Positions 14,101-26,395 of a DNA stretch of 64,000 nucleotides are shown here, piece after piece. How positions within the stretch are numbered: the first letter of the stretch is position 1; each line of letters starts with the position of its first letter. A model generated the notes under the pieces. It made no database searches and was not told where the DNA came from. It saw nothing but the letters and a program-made list of their open reading frames with translations. The stretch is taken from contig CM119269.1 of the NCBI GenBank assembly GCA_051294375.1, forward strand, positions 8,429,225 to 8,493,224. Direction: 5' to 3'. A program made the translations under genes and the position numbers. Source of the DNA: Paraspadella gotoi. Taxonomy: Eukaryota > Animalia > Chaetognatha.

Positions 14101-15280
14101 ATGTGCATACTATGTTTCACTCTTGTGTAATTATTAATCACATTAGGATATGCGTCAACCAAAGAAAGTCAGTGGCGCAACATCTTAAACTTGCTCGTTT
14201 ATGTTATCTTAAATTTTTAAATTTTAGGGAAAGTCCAAGGACATTTTCGTCGCTTCTTTGATTTGGTCATTTCCCTTCATTGTCGTCCTGCTGAACATGG
14301 TGACTTCAGTGCAATACCATTTGCTTTATATTGGATTCCCAGGTTTTTCTTTGAAAGGTTGTCCCATTTTATCACAGGAGACTATCGCTGTTTTTCAAGG
14401 TAAAAAATGCGACATAGTAAGAGCAAGGGGCAGAAAAATTCTAGAAATGGGACCAGCAGTCTATATCTTGGGAAAGTTTTGGGAGACTGTTCCAATCATG
14501 GCCACGTCTATAGCATCAGCGATATCCACTGACCGAGTTTGGCGTCACACCATTGGTTCTTTGAAAGCCTCTCTTGCTGCAGGAGGGTCTCTTATGATCG
14601 CTGCTATAATGCTGCCCATCTTTACATTCTCACTAAGCATCAACTCTATGAATTCGGGCTATTCATTGAGCAATACAATGGGAAACCTTTTGACTTATGC
14701 TGCAGTCTCCGAATTTTTTCCTCTTTTTTTCTTTGCTTCTTTTTCGCCTCTTGCCATGGGGACATCGAGGTACCTCCTGGCCCTCCTAAGCCATTTCGCT
14801 TCAAACATGCTTGGGTACAGAACTCAGGCATTCAGCTTCATCGTCATGTGGGCACTGTTGTTGTGGTCCTCTCTCACTCTGTATACAGAATCAAGAGTGA
14901 GCGGCAAGCACCAGTTACAAATTTTGGACCAAACGCTCATTGGCATGGAATCGGCTATGGAATGCTGGTCATCTGATGCAGTAGACTATCACGAAGAGAT
15001 AAACGGCGTTGAGCTTATTTCGCCAACATCAAAGGGAGTTGTTATGATCCAAAAAAAATTAAATTATTGTTGTGAGCAGTCATGTCGAGCCGAGTTTATG
15101 TTTTCGGTCCTGGATAAAAATCACACTTCGAACCAAAAAATATTTCGCGTTTTAAAAAGTTTTAAAACTTATGTGAATGAATCGATCAAAGCCTACAATT
15201 ATCCATTGATGGCATTTTTTGGTTTTCTGCCGGGACTTTTCAGTTTTTTGTTTCTGATTTTTAATCAGAATAAAAAATAA
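11110..15280 (+). CDS. XK-related (XKR scramblase-like) multi-pass membrane protein, paralog 1, ~846 aa
   Basis: Exons 11110-11614 (alternative ATG 11020), 11816-11843 (28-nt microexon), 11977-12133, 12594-12732, 13262-13920, 14228-15280 give one open frame. XK hallmarks: D.GTD in TM1, ESFPQLLIQ, VSIVIS..GVA. Colinear with paralog 2. Exon 2 and exon 3 boundaries are least certain. Confidence 0.72.
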
Positions 15281-15366
15281 TTAGGATAAATAATAACCTT
15301 TAAGCTATGAATCGAAATTAATTATAAAATAAATACTTTTTAAGTACACGACTTTAACATATATTC

Positions 15367-15597
15367 TGAAGAGACAGTGATTATTGTTATGTGTTAGTGA
15401 CAGAACCGTTCAATATAAGTACTAAGCAGTCCCTGAGCTTCGGATCAGGCTGTAACACCGAGTTACAGGCGGGTTAAGCGCCCCGTCCCTCTTAACTGCG
15501 AGGCGGCTACCGTCTAGAACCCCTGACCTTTGGGTTAGGAGGCGAATGACGAGGCGAATGACTTGCCTCCGGCACCAATGGCCGCTGATGAACGGTT
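15367..15597 (-). mobile_element. tRNA-head + twister element, copy 2
   Basis: Same family. Lacks the terminal hairpin end and has small internal duplications. Confidence 0.85.
15426..15499 (-). ncRNA. Candidate type-P5 twister ribozyme (best-preserved core)
   Basis: Minus strand reads GCAGTT-AAGA-GG-GA-CGG-GGCGCT-TAA-CCC-GC-[P3 hairpin]-CCTGA-TCCGAAGC-TCAGG-GACTGC. P5, P4, L4 (UNNNAAGC), T1 (CCG/CGG), T2 (GC/GC), GA and UAA are all in twister order. Predicted cut between 15476 and 15475. Confidence 0.72.
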
Positions 15598-16487
15598 ATA
15601 TATAGAGGATATATTTAGAGGTTATATTTAGAGGATTTTGATATGTATACTGGGAAACAAAATTTAAAAAATGATAGGATTCCCTAATTAGTTTAGTTAT
15701 TTCGATATTAAGTACTGAGGTGTTTTATTCTTATTAGATGATGATATAAATGAACGTAAGCAATCAATAATCACAGTCAATAAAATAATATATCACTTGA
15801 AAAATTAACAATTGTAACGTAATTTTTCAGGATATACTTTTAGAACTTCACTTTTTGTATAAAAATATTTTTTTTAAATTTTATTTGTCTATATATATAT
15901 AGATATATATGTATATATATATCTATATATACACTGTATATATCTGGATGCCCAAAAAATTCTTGATAACGATTTGTCAGTAAATTTCACGTAACTTCAC
16001 TTGTCGATGTTGATGTATCTTAGTGTGTCAACGTTATGTCACGTTATGTCACCTTCTAGTTTTGGTGTAATTAAAAAGCTTTAAAGTCTGTTGTAGTTGG
16101 TTCTTTGATTAAGTATCGTAAAACTATGGTAATACACGAATTCCTATTTCAAACTTTTACTTTTACCTATGTATTAGCCAAGGGTGATAAAGGGTGAAAA
16201 TACGACCTTTTTTATCCACGTAAATCGGATACTAGGCTATTTGTCAAGAATTTGTGTTATTTCTTTTTCTAGTGAATGTGTTTGCTATTTTACATGTGTA
16301 GTAGAGTATAGTATAGTACAGTATAGTACATGTATTGTATTAAAATTTTACATAGCAACAATTAATTAAAAATCTGATTCTGATTTTCAAAAATATCAAT
16401 ATTTTTTTAAAGAATTTTTATCTCATGACATTAAGAATATTATCTCTCATATTTTAGCTGAAGCACGTTTTGTCTATAAGTGAATAG

Positions 16488-17215
16488 TAGGGTGAAGTGA
16501 AAGTTTGGAATCAAAATTTAGCAGTTATATCTTGAAAACTATTATATTAGTGAATGCTAATCTGTAATTTTTTTTTATAAATATAGTAGCCCAGTCAGCT
16601 TATTTTGTATATTGTACTACCCTTATATAATGTCAAAATTTCAAAATAGTTTTTTTTTTTAATTCTGAGATCAGATTCAGATTCGTCTTAAAAAGTTGAT
16701 AAAAGAAAATATAAATATTTTTCAAAAATTATATCATTAAGTAGATTAAAATTATAAAAAAATATATTTTTAAGCTGGAAATTGTAGTTAACCTTTTTTG
16801 TTGTTAGTGTGAGATTTAAAGGAAAATAACGAAACAACAAATTGTTGTAAAAACAAAATTTTTGTTATTTTCCATAACGTTGGAAATTGAAAATTGGCGT
16901 TTTAAAAATAGTTTTTTATATTTTTAACAAAAGAATTCTACTTTCTTTTATCAATTTTTTGCAAGGAATCCAAATCCGATCTTAAAATTTAAAAATTTGC
17001 ATTTTAAAATTTTAGCTGGGATTGAACCCGGTACCTAGTGGTCATGAGCTGATAGCTTTACTCAATGAGCCACCGGGTCACAACTGAAAGTGTTATGATT
17101 CTAGGCGGGGTGAACCTAGGCAATGCCCGACTACAAATATAGCTCACTGGTACCCACTGATGAATAAAATTTAAAAACAAATTTACCAAAGTATTTTTCT
17201 TATTTTTTATTTTCT
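16488..17215. repeat. AT-rich dispersed repeat (MITE-like), second copy at ~29632-30020
   Basis: Shared agggtgaagt.aaagtttggaatcaaaatttag...atatagtagcccagtcagcttattttg...aaatttaccaaagtattttt. Confidence 0.6.
17014..17080 (-). mobile_element. tRNA-derived head of the second SINE family (not a functional tRNA)
   Basis: Reverse complement gacccggtggctcattgagtaaagctatcagctcatgaccactaggtaccgggttcaatccc matches 38982-39043. Confidence 0.7.
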
Positions 17216-18605
17216 TGTTTTATATCATTTAAGTAAGCAGAAAGGGATTTCAATATGAAATCAAGGTGGAATTTTATTATCAGAAAATAGACAAGAGAAG
17301 ACTGTGTCAATTTTCAGACAGAGTGAATCAAAGCAGAAACAGAGGCTATTTATAATGGGTAAGTAGACGAAGCCAGATTCCTCTTCCGGAATCCTCCTCT
17401 TCCTCTTCTGGAACCTTCTTTTCCTCTTCCGGAAACTATTGTTCCTTTTCTGGATTTGGCTTCCCAAATCCCGTTCAAAATCATTCCAGAATCTTCTTCC
17501 TCTTCCGGAATCCTCTTCCTTAATCCTTTCCTCTGTTTCCGGGTTTTATTCATCTGTGATGATATGCTTAATTTTATATAAGATTTTATTATTTTCACAT
17601 CACTCTAGTGAATAGTATTGGATCTACTAACTCCAAGTACATTGTGCTGTCTTAAAAAAACGTTCTCCGAGTAATGAAGTTTATTGAACTTTGCTCATTT
17701 TATTACTCAATTCGTAAGAAAAGCAGAGAATATTTACACAAGTATTTAAAACAATTTAAGCAACTCTTTTTGAAGAAAATCATATTCTGTTCATTTTCTA
17801 TATTTTTGTGTTTTAACTATTATAAATGTGTGCAAAATAAATACATTATTTAAACAAAAAATGTTTTAAAATTAAAAGTCAATTATGAAAAATGTACAAG
17901 CTCTTTTTTTACCAAATGATTTAACATTCAAGTATATTATTTAAACGAATATAATTATTAACAAAAAATAGTTATTTATGCTATAAAGTCTCAACTGACC
18001 TTATTACGGTGAAAGAATTTACGGTAAGACAACTTGGTCAATGGTCACAACAGAAAGCTCAATATGCAGGTAACTTTCTCTCGAATAATGTATCTTTTTA
18101 TCAATAATTACTGATTTCAAAAGGAACTGTTCCTACAACAAACCTATTAATTTTTTTTATATTCGAAATTATAAAATCTTCAATCAAAGATCCGTATATA
18201 ATATTAGCACTTTCCCGAGCATCTACCACTTTTCAAATTTCCTTGTATTTCTTTCTTTCGTTCCCCAATACTGCCCCCTCTCTCCTCCCCATCTTCTTCC
18301 TCCCTCTCTCCTCCCCTATCTTCTTCCTCCCTCTCTCCTCCCCATCTCCTCTTCCCTCCCTCTTCCTCCTCCCCATCTTCTCTCCCTCTCCTCCCCTCTC
18401 TTCCTCCCTCTATCTCCTTCTTCCCTCCTCTCTCTCCCCATCTTCTTCCCTCCTTCTCTCTTCTCCATCTCCTTCTTCCCTCCCTCTCTCCTCCTCCCAT
18501 CTCCTGTCTCTTCTCACTCTCCTCTTCTCTCTCCTCCCCATCTTCTTCCCTCCCTCTCTCCTCTCACATCTCCTTCTTCCCTCCCTCTCTCCATCTTCCG
18601 CCCCC

Positions 18606-21600
18606 TTAAGTCGCCCTCACAGAGGGGCGTTGAATGACAAACTTTTCCTCCCTTTCTTCCGCTCCCGCTGATTCGAGCGAAGCTTTAGACGCTGCCGACT
18701 TCAGTCCTTCTCTCTGCAGCGGCGGTACGTGCGACGGGAAGCCGGTCGACTGCTCGATGTAGTACTCGTTGTCGTACTGGCGGCGGGGAAAAAAGGAAAC
18801 AAATCGACAAATGAAAATTTTGTAATTACTAACGTTAATAAACCAAGTTTCATATAATTTCTGATATAGATTAGGAAGTATGTTTTTGAGACACTTTTTC
18901 GTTGCAAATTCCGGATTCTGATTGAGCGTACGTGTCAGTGACATTTTATTGTTATATTAATCCCGAAATTTACAACGTCATATATTGAGCATTGGAGCAA
19001 CATATCGAAAAGCACAGTGAACTTACAGTAGGAATTCCCGCCACGTCGGCGTCCACGTAAAAGGCTTCCGTTTCACTGTGGAAGAAAAAAAAAACCGAAA
19101 AAATAACAACAATTAAAACCAACAAAAAATAATAAATCAACCAACAACATTGATTATAATTTTTGATGCCAACGACAATGATATTAATCGAGGCTTCAAC
19201 GAATTACTTCCCCCCATTTCACAAAAAAGAAAATCGCTTCTCTTTCTTTTCACTTTTCATTTTTTATTTTCGCTCCTCATCTTTTTATTTTTATAAAAGA
19301 AAATCGCTTCTCTTTCTTTTCACTTTTCATTTTTATTTTCGCTCCTCATCTTTTTATTTTTATAAAAAGAAAATCGCTTCTCTTTCTTTTCACTTTTCAT
19401 TTTTATTTTTGCTCCTCATCTTTTTATTTTTATAAAAAAGAAAATTGCTCTCTTTCTTTTCACTTTTCATTTTTATTTTCCGCTCCTCATCTTTTTATTT
19501 TTATAAAAAGAAAATCGCTTCTCTTTCTTTTCACTTTTCATTTTTATTTTCGCTCCTCATCTTTTTATTTTTATAAAAAGAAAATCGCTTCTCTTTCTTT
19601 TCACTTTTCATTTTTATTTTCGCTCCTCATATTTTTATTTTTATAAAAAGAAAATTGCTTCTCTTTCTTTTCACTTTTCATTTTTATTTTCGCTCCTCAT
19701 CTTTTTATTTTCATAAAAAGAAAATCGCTTCTCTTCTTTTTTCATTTTTATTTTCGCTCCTCATATTTTTATTTTTATAAAAAGAAAATCGCTTCTCTTT
19801 CTTTTCACTTTTCATTTTTATTTTCGCTCCTCATCTTTTTATTTTTATAAAAAGAAAATTGTTTCTCTTTCTTTTCACTTTTCATTTTTATTTTTGCTCC
19901 TCATTATTTTTATTTTTATAAAAAGAAAATCGCTTCTCTTTTTTTTTCACTTTTCATTTTATTTTCGCTCCTCATCTTTTTTTTTTCATAAAAACAAAAT
20001 TGCTTCTCTTTCTTTTCACTTTTCATTTTTTATTTTCGATCCTCATATTTTATTTTTATAAAAAGAAAATCGCTTCTCTTTCTTTTCACTTTTCATTTTT
20101 ATTTTCGCTCCTCATCTTTTTATTTTATAAAAAGAAATCGCTTCTCTTTCTTTTCATTTTTATTTTTCGCTCCTCATATTTTTATTTTTATAAAAAGAAA
20201 ATCGCTTCTCTTTCTTTTCACTTTTCATTTTTATTTTCGCTCCTCATCTTTTTATTTTTATAAAAAAGAAAATTGCTTCTCTTTCTTTTCACTTTTCCAT
20301 TTTTATTTTTGCTCCTCATATTTTTATTTTTAAAAAGAAAATCGTTCTTCTTTTTTTTCACTTTTCATTTTTATTTTCGCTCCTCATCTTTTTATTTTCA
20401 TAAAAAGAAAATCGCTTCTCTTTCTTTTCATTTTTATTTTCGCTCCTCATATTTTTATTTTTCATAAAAAGAAAATCGCTTCTCTTTCTTTTCACTTTTC
20501 ATTTTTATTTTCGCTCCTCATCTTTTTATTTTTATAAAAAGAAAATTGCTTCTCTTTCTTTTCACTTTTCATTTTATTTTTGCTCCTCATATTTTTATTT
20601 TTATAAAAAGAAAATCGCTTCTCTTTTTTTTCACTTTTCATTTTTATTTTCGCTCCTCATCTTTTTTTTTTCATAAAAAGAAAATTGCTTCTCTTTCTTT
20701 TCACTTTTCATTTTTATTTTCGATCCTCATATTTTTATTTTTATAAAAAGAAAATCGCTTCTCTTTCTTTTTCATTTTCATTTTTATTTTCGCTCCTCAT
20801 CTTTCTCGCCCTCCATCTTTTCTCTTTAATTCTAAACTCTTTTAGTCCATCTCTCGATTCTCTTAGGACTACAATACATAAAATTATCAAGCGTTTAAAT
20901 TCATTTAATGAAAATGCCATCTTGCCCCTATCATATGGTCACTGACATTTGACCTCCATCCCTCTCACAAATTAATAATATAGCACTCAAAGCAAGCTTT
21001 CAATCGTCTTCCTTTCTCTTTCCTCTATTTCCCTTCCTCCCTTTCCTCCCTATTCTCTTTTCTCCCTTCCCTTTCCTGCCCCCACCTCAACTGCCCCACG
21101 TCCGTCTGCGCGATGAACGTCACAATGACGGCGCAAATGATTGCCAGAAAGATGGCGACCCAGGCGACGGCGTAAGACCAAGACAAATGGTACATCAATC
21201 CATTCTGCGTCGTCTTGTCCATCGAGAGAATAAAGACCTTGAGTAGGGCAAAGTAAAAATCCAAATAGATATCTTTTGTATAAAACATATTTTGTAAAAT
21301 ACATATTTTTAATAGTTTTAACTTTTAGTTATCTTATCATATTGTATAGTTCTAGACATATAAATAATTAAAAATTGCAAAATGTTTTTTTTAAAACAAA
21401 GTAATTTTTTTTCTATTTAAAAGAATAATTTATCAACGATATCGACATTCAATGTCAAATTTAACAGGAGGAATCCCGTGTGGGAGGAATCCAGTTGGGA
21501 GGAATCCCGTGTGGGAGGAATACCACGGCCACCGATATCATTCAAAAACATACAAGTATTTATAAATTATTTAGATTCCTTCAATAATGAGAGAGTCGCA

Positions 21601-22967
21601 TCGAACCTTGAGGTAGTCGGCCCTGTTGACTTTTTCTTCGCCGATGACGCTTAACGTCTCCGTTTCGAGTTGATGACGCACGTGGAAGAGAATGATGGCG
21701 ATGAGGACGACGAGTGCGGCCAAGATGGTGAAGGCGATGCTGCTCTTAAGGATCCTGGATTGAGGAGGGGCGGGGTGAAAGTTGAGCGCGGAAAAATTCG
21801 AAAAGGAAAAAAATTAAACAATATATGGAAATCCAATTTAATTACTTAAACACATCGAATAGGTTTTGCCTACATAGTCACTCTGATGAATATTAAGGAA
21901 GCGTTCCTTGGAAGAGATTATTTTCGGCGTGACAGGACCAAGGCAGGATGACTTATCCAAGCCAGATATAAAATCCTTACCCTTTCCCAGTTCTAATCCT
22001 CAAACAGATTAAATATATTTATTTATGGTGGACTAAAATCCACCACCCGTTCATCAGCGGCCATTGGTGCCGGAGGCAAGTCATTCGCCTCCCAACCCAA
22101 AGGTCCGGGGTTCTAGCCCGGTGTTCGCCTAGCAGTTAAGAGCGATGGGGCGCTTAACCCGCCTGTAACACGGTGTTACAGCCTGACCCGAAGCTCAGGG
22201 ACTGCTTATATTGAACGGTTCTGTCACTAACACATAACAATAATTACTGTCTCTTCATATTGTACCAATTTCATAAACGAAATAAACTTTGTGCAAGTAT
22301 GTATTATTCTTGCAGCCATGGTAGCGGTTCTGGGCTTGGAATCAGGCTTGGCCCAAAAGGCAGTTTACAGCCGTCCTCACTCTTCCCGTACGACAGGTAC
22401 TTGGTTGGGTTTGGACCCGGTACCAGGTTGTCATGAGTTGATGGCTTTTACTGTAAACAGGAGGTTGGAAAATGCTCTACAAGAAGATATCACAAGAGCG
22501 AATAAGGCGCTACATCGACTGAAGATGACTTCTGTACAACTCCATTAGCCTTCTTTAGGAGCCATGAAACGGGTCCGCGGCTTGGAACTTGGCGGTGTAA
22601 TCCGAACCTCACGCTTCCCGAAGGGTAGGTATTTGGTTAAATTCTAAGCGGCCTGGAGCTAATGGCTTTCATTTCATGAGCTACAGGGTCACGAGTCACG
22701 ACTGAGGAAACGATGATTAATTAAGGAGTAAAACTGGGGGCAATACCCGCTGCATAACAAGCAACATCACCAAATATTTGTCCCTCATGGTTGCACCTGC
22801 GCATGAGCCACCAGTAGCCGAAGCAGAGCAGCAGCAGCGCCACGACGAAGAAGATCATTCCGAGGATCATCATTGAAAAGGTCGCTCGCAGGAGATCGTA
22901 GTACCTTTCCTCTGACCCGTCTAATGGTAAGTTGTTGTCGCGGGGTAGCTGGGAAGGTAAGGTAAGA

Positions 22968-23011
<44 letters not shown>

Positions 23012-23568
23012 TAGGATAATAAAACAAACTTGAAAATCGATGTGAAAGCATTTGATGCCAAGTTCGTTTTCCCAAAGCTTGCTACCCTGCTTGTCGATCG
23101 GTTGGCCGTTAGTCAGTGACGCTTCGGGAAAGCATTCACGGAAAAGTCCGTAGTGACGCGTGAACAACTCGTGACGATCGTTGCTGTGAATTGTAAAATA
23201 TTTTGGTTTAGTGTCTCAGTATCATATTAGTTTATATTCTCTCTATTTTTCATAGTTAAAAAAAAGGAAATATGAATGTCTTTTTCCCTACTAAATGTGA
23301 TTTTTAAAGAGTTTTCAATCTGTCAACTCAGTGTAAAGGTTAATTTTTACCTCTGGGAAATCATGCTTTAAAGACAAAAATAACAACCAAATAACGCAAT
23401 ATTACTATTTATTATACATTATTAATAAATTAATTACCTGCCAAAACTCCTTTGATTCTCCATTTCCATCCAATGATCCGTGGAAAAAGCAACGATACAA
23501 GCGACCAACGCTAAGATCAATGACAGGACGGCGATTCCCGCCAAACAATTACGTCGTTCCAATGTCAT
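18606..23568 (-). CDS. PMP22/EMP/claudin-superfamily tetraspan membrane protein, 7 exons, ~318 aa
   Basis: Exons 23568-23438, 23183-23030, 22948-22797, 21754-21607, 21237-21086, 19075-19027, 18776-18606 join in phase. TM1 followed by STDHW, HYGLFREC...C loop motif, four hydrophobic segments, YHLSWSYAVAW before TM4. Confidence 0.88.
19220..20802. repeat. Minisatellite, ~70-bp unit, ~22 copies, in a claudin-like gene intron
   Basis: Unit ttataaaaagaaaatcgcttctctttcttttcacttttcatttttattttcgctcctcatctttttattt recurs at 19501, 19571 and onward. Confidence 0.95.
22024..22257 (+). mobile_element. tRNA-head + twister element, copy 3 (full length)
   Basis: TATGGTGG...CTCTTCA with TATT/TATT TSD. tRNA-like head ~22057-22128 (A box TGGTGCCGGAGG, B box GGTTCTAGCCC); twister module 22132-22205. 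Confidence 0.88.
22315..22695 (-). mobile_element. Two degenerate copies of the second tRNA-derived SINE family
   Basis: Reverse complements share aaagccat.agctc, tacct, gggaag and ccg...catggct with the 38980 copy. Confidence 0.6.
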
Positions 23569-26395
23569 TTTTACAGTGGGAAATTACTACGGTTGCTGTA
23601 TTTGGTGTAGTTGGTGAAGTTTTTTTTTTTTGATTTTATTTCGCTGGCTTGTTTTATCGTTCTTAATTGTTTATTATGCTCTATTGTTTTTAGTTCTTAT
23701 TATTTTAAGAAAGGGAAATAAGAAAAATTACGCTGTTTTGTTTCTTGTAGTTGTTGTTTCCTTTTTCTGTTGTTATTTCGTTTATCGTATTTCGCAATAT
23801 ACGTGGTTGGTGGCGACTTCAACGGGGAAGATTTCTGTCAAACTCGATCAAACTTGAAAAAAAAAAAAGAATTTCTTGCTGACGACAGAATTGGGCGACG
23901 CCTCTCGGCGAAAGGTTGGACCGAATCCGGTTTTGCGCGGAAAGCGGAGGCACGGTGGTCGTCGTCGTCTTTGTCAAGATTCACCACAGAATGAACAATG
24001 TTGCTCCTCTGTAACTCTTTACCCGCGTTTGTCCAGATCGTCTAGTTTTAAAATTATTCCGCTAATTGCGATCTATCTTTCTAAATCTTATTTAATAAGA
24101 AGACGCGCTTCCGATTCTTTAAACAACCCGGACGCGAACTATAGACCTTTCAGTCACGACTATTCGACATTGATTACGAAGCCGTCTCGCTTGACGAACC
24201 TTCCCTTTTATTCGTCGTCTGCTACACAGTAAAAATCAGGTTTTTATAGTTGCGATTTCGAGAATTCTAAAAGTGGGAGAGAGAAAGAGAGAGAAAGTTA
24301 ATTGTCCTGTTCATCCCTCGCCTGAGGTGTCTGACTAAATTCGGATGGGGAGCGCGTGAGAAGAAGACAAAGAAAAAGGAGAGAAGAAAACAAAGGAGAT
24401 ACTCAAAGGGAAAGGAGAGGAAATAATAATACGGAAAATATATAAAATAAGAATATAAATAAATATGAATAGTATGATATATAATACCTATATAATATAA
24501 AATGAAAATAAGAAAATATGATAATTTTATTATTTTCAATTATTGTTGCCTATTATTTCAAATTTTGTCTCCAATCTCAAATCACAACGAAAGAAAGGAT
24601 GATTGATAATGTCTGATAATTTTATTATAAAAAAAATTTAAAAATTTAAAAAGTATTAAAAGTTAATCCATTATATTTTTTCATATTTTTGAAAATTTTT
24701 TCATTAATAATATAAATCAAATATTGTAATAATATAATTTTGTTTACAAATATTTTTTTTGATAAATAAAAAAAATAATTACTATTAAAAGCTGGGTAAG
24801 AGTTGAAAACAGCATTAACTTACGAGAAACAAACTCAATGGTGGGTGTAAATGTTATAATCAACGATTTATATTTATGAAAAAACGCATATATTCTTTGA
24901 CAACTAACGGAAAATATTCATGATAAAACAGACAATTTTTATTATATTGCCGGAAAGTGTTTACACGGACCGTAAACCTCGTTTATACTAAATATTAATT
25001 ATCTCTACGAAAAACTTTTTACCATTTATGTTTTTGACAAATTCGGAATACGCTTCTTTTAAACCATTCAAATTAACTAATTCAAAAAGAGCTTTAGATG
25101 ATTTAAATTATTATACTACCCGATCCTTCAAATCATATCAGTAACAAATTAACAATATCGTCGGTTAGAATACAAACCAATTCATAAAGAAAGGTTTTAA
25201 AATAATATGCTACTTTAGTATACTTCACATCATATCAGTCACGACATTGTAATTTTCACTGAGGTTCTTCTCATTAGACTATGTTATGGTCGTCGTCGTC
25301 TTCATCGTCGTCAACTTGTAAACTGGCAGATATTTGGCGGCAGACAAAGAAAGAGAGAGAGAGGTATATTATAATTACCAACCAGCTCATTCATAAAAAG
25401 TCAAACTGTCGATAGCTACCTGATTTCGCAACCAATTATCCAGGAAACCGACAGCGAATAAAGGAAGGCTGAAGATTATTGGGAGCAAAAAGGTAACTAG
25501 AAAATTGGCGTGTGATAAGGGTGTGCACTAAGGGCGCCAAACTTGGATGATTGCACAATAGAGTGGAGCACTCAAGAACAAAAAATCTATTTGAATGATT
25601 AAACAAGGAAATTTAGATGTGAGATAGTATGATTAACTAGTATTAAAAATATTTTGTTAATATAGTCTGGGAACAGAACAGTAAAATACAATATATTTAT
25701 ACATTGTGTAATTTTCTCTCTTTTCGTTGTTCAATAATATCAGCAGATTCGAAAACGAAAGTTTTTAGTATTTTTTAGAACTGTAACAACGTGTTAAGGG
25801 CAACAAGCATGCGAAGAGTACCCTAAGGGTGCAGTAAAAATACTACTTCGCCTCAGGGTGCAGTAAGAACTGTAATAGTTTAGCAACTAGCAAGCACATT
25901 AAGGGCATCAACTGGGCAATTAAGATGCGATTAGGGTAACTAGGGTGCATTAAAGAGTGCAGAAATTGTGGATAAAGGCAGTATGCACTAAAATATCATT
26001 TGATCGTGTGATGACTGTCGAGAGAAAAGAGATTGAGTGGTATTAATTGGAGATTGGAGAAGGTCAACGGTAACAGATGAAATTCTTTCTGCGTTTTTTC
26101 AATTTACATGTATGTCAAAGAAAGCGAAATAGTTATTCTTCACCACCGTCGATTCTTTTTAATGATTATGCGTATATAATATATATATTCATAAATATAA
26201 CGGTTTTTTTTCCAAAGTCAGAGAGGGAATTTTAAAACAAACTTGGGACTGCCTTTGCCATGGACTCTCTACCTCTTCATTTTCTGTTAAAAATATCAAT
26301 AGAATTGAAAAAAATATAATTTGTAAATTTAATCGTGCTTATGGTTCTTGAAAAACACGGTTTAGCATTTAGTCGCCAAACTTTTAATCCAGATA

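Noticed and set aside
21876-21950. ctgatga plus hairpins as a hammerhead, snoRNA or SECIS
   Set aside because: No correctly placed GAAA, C/D box pair or SECIS quartet could be assigned.
22057-22128. Functional tRNA gene
   Set aside because: The anticodon stem does not pair and the sequence is embedded in a multi-copy element; it is a tRNA-derived head only.
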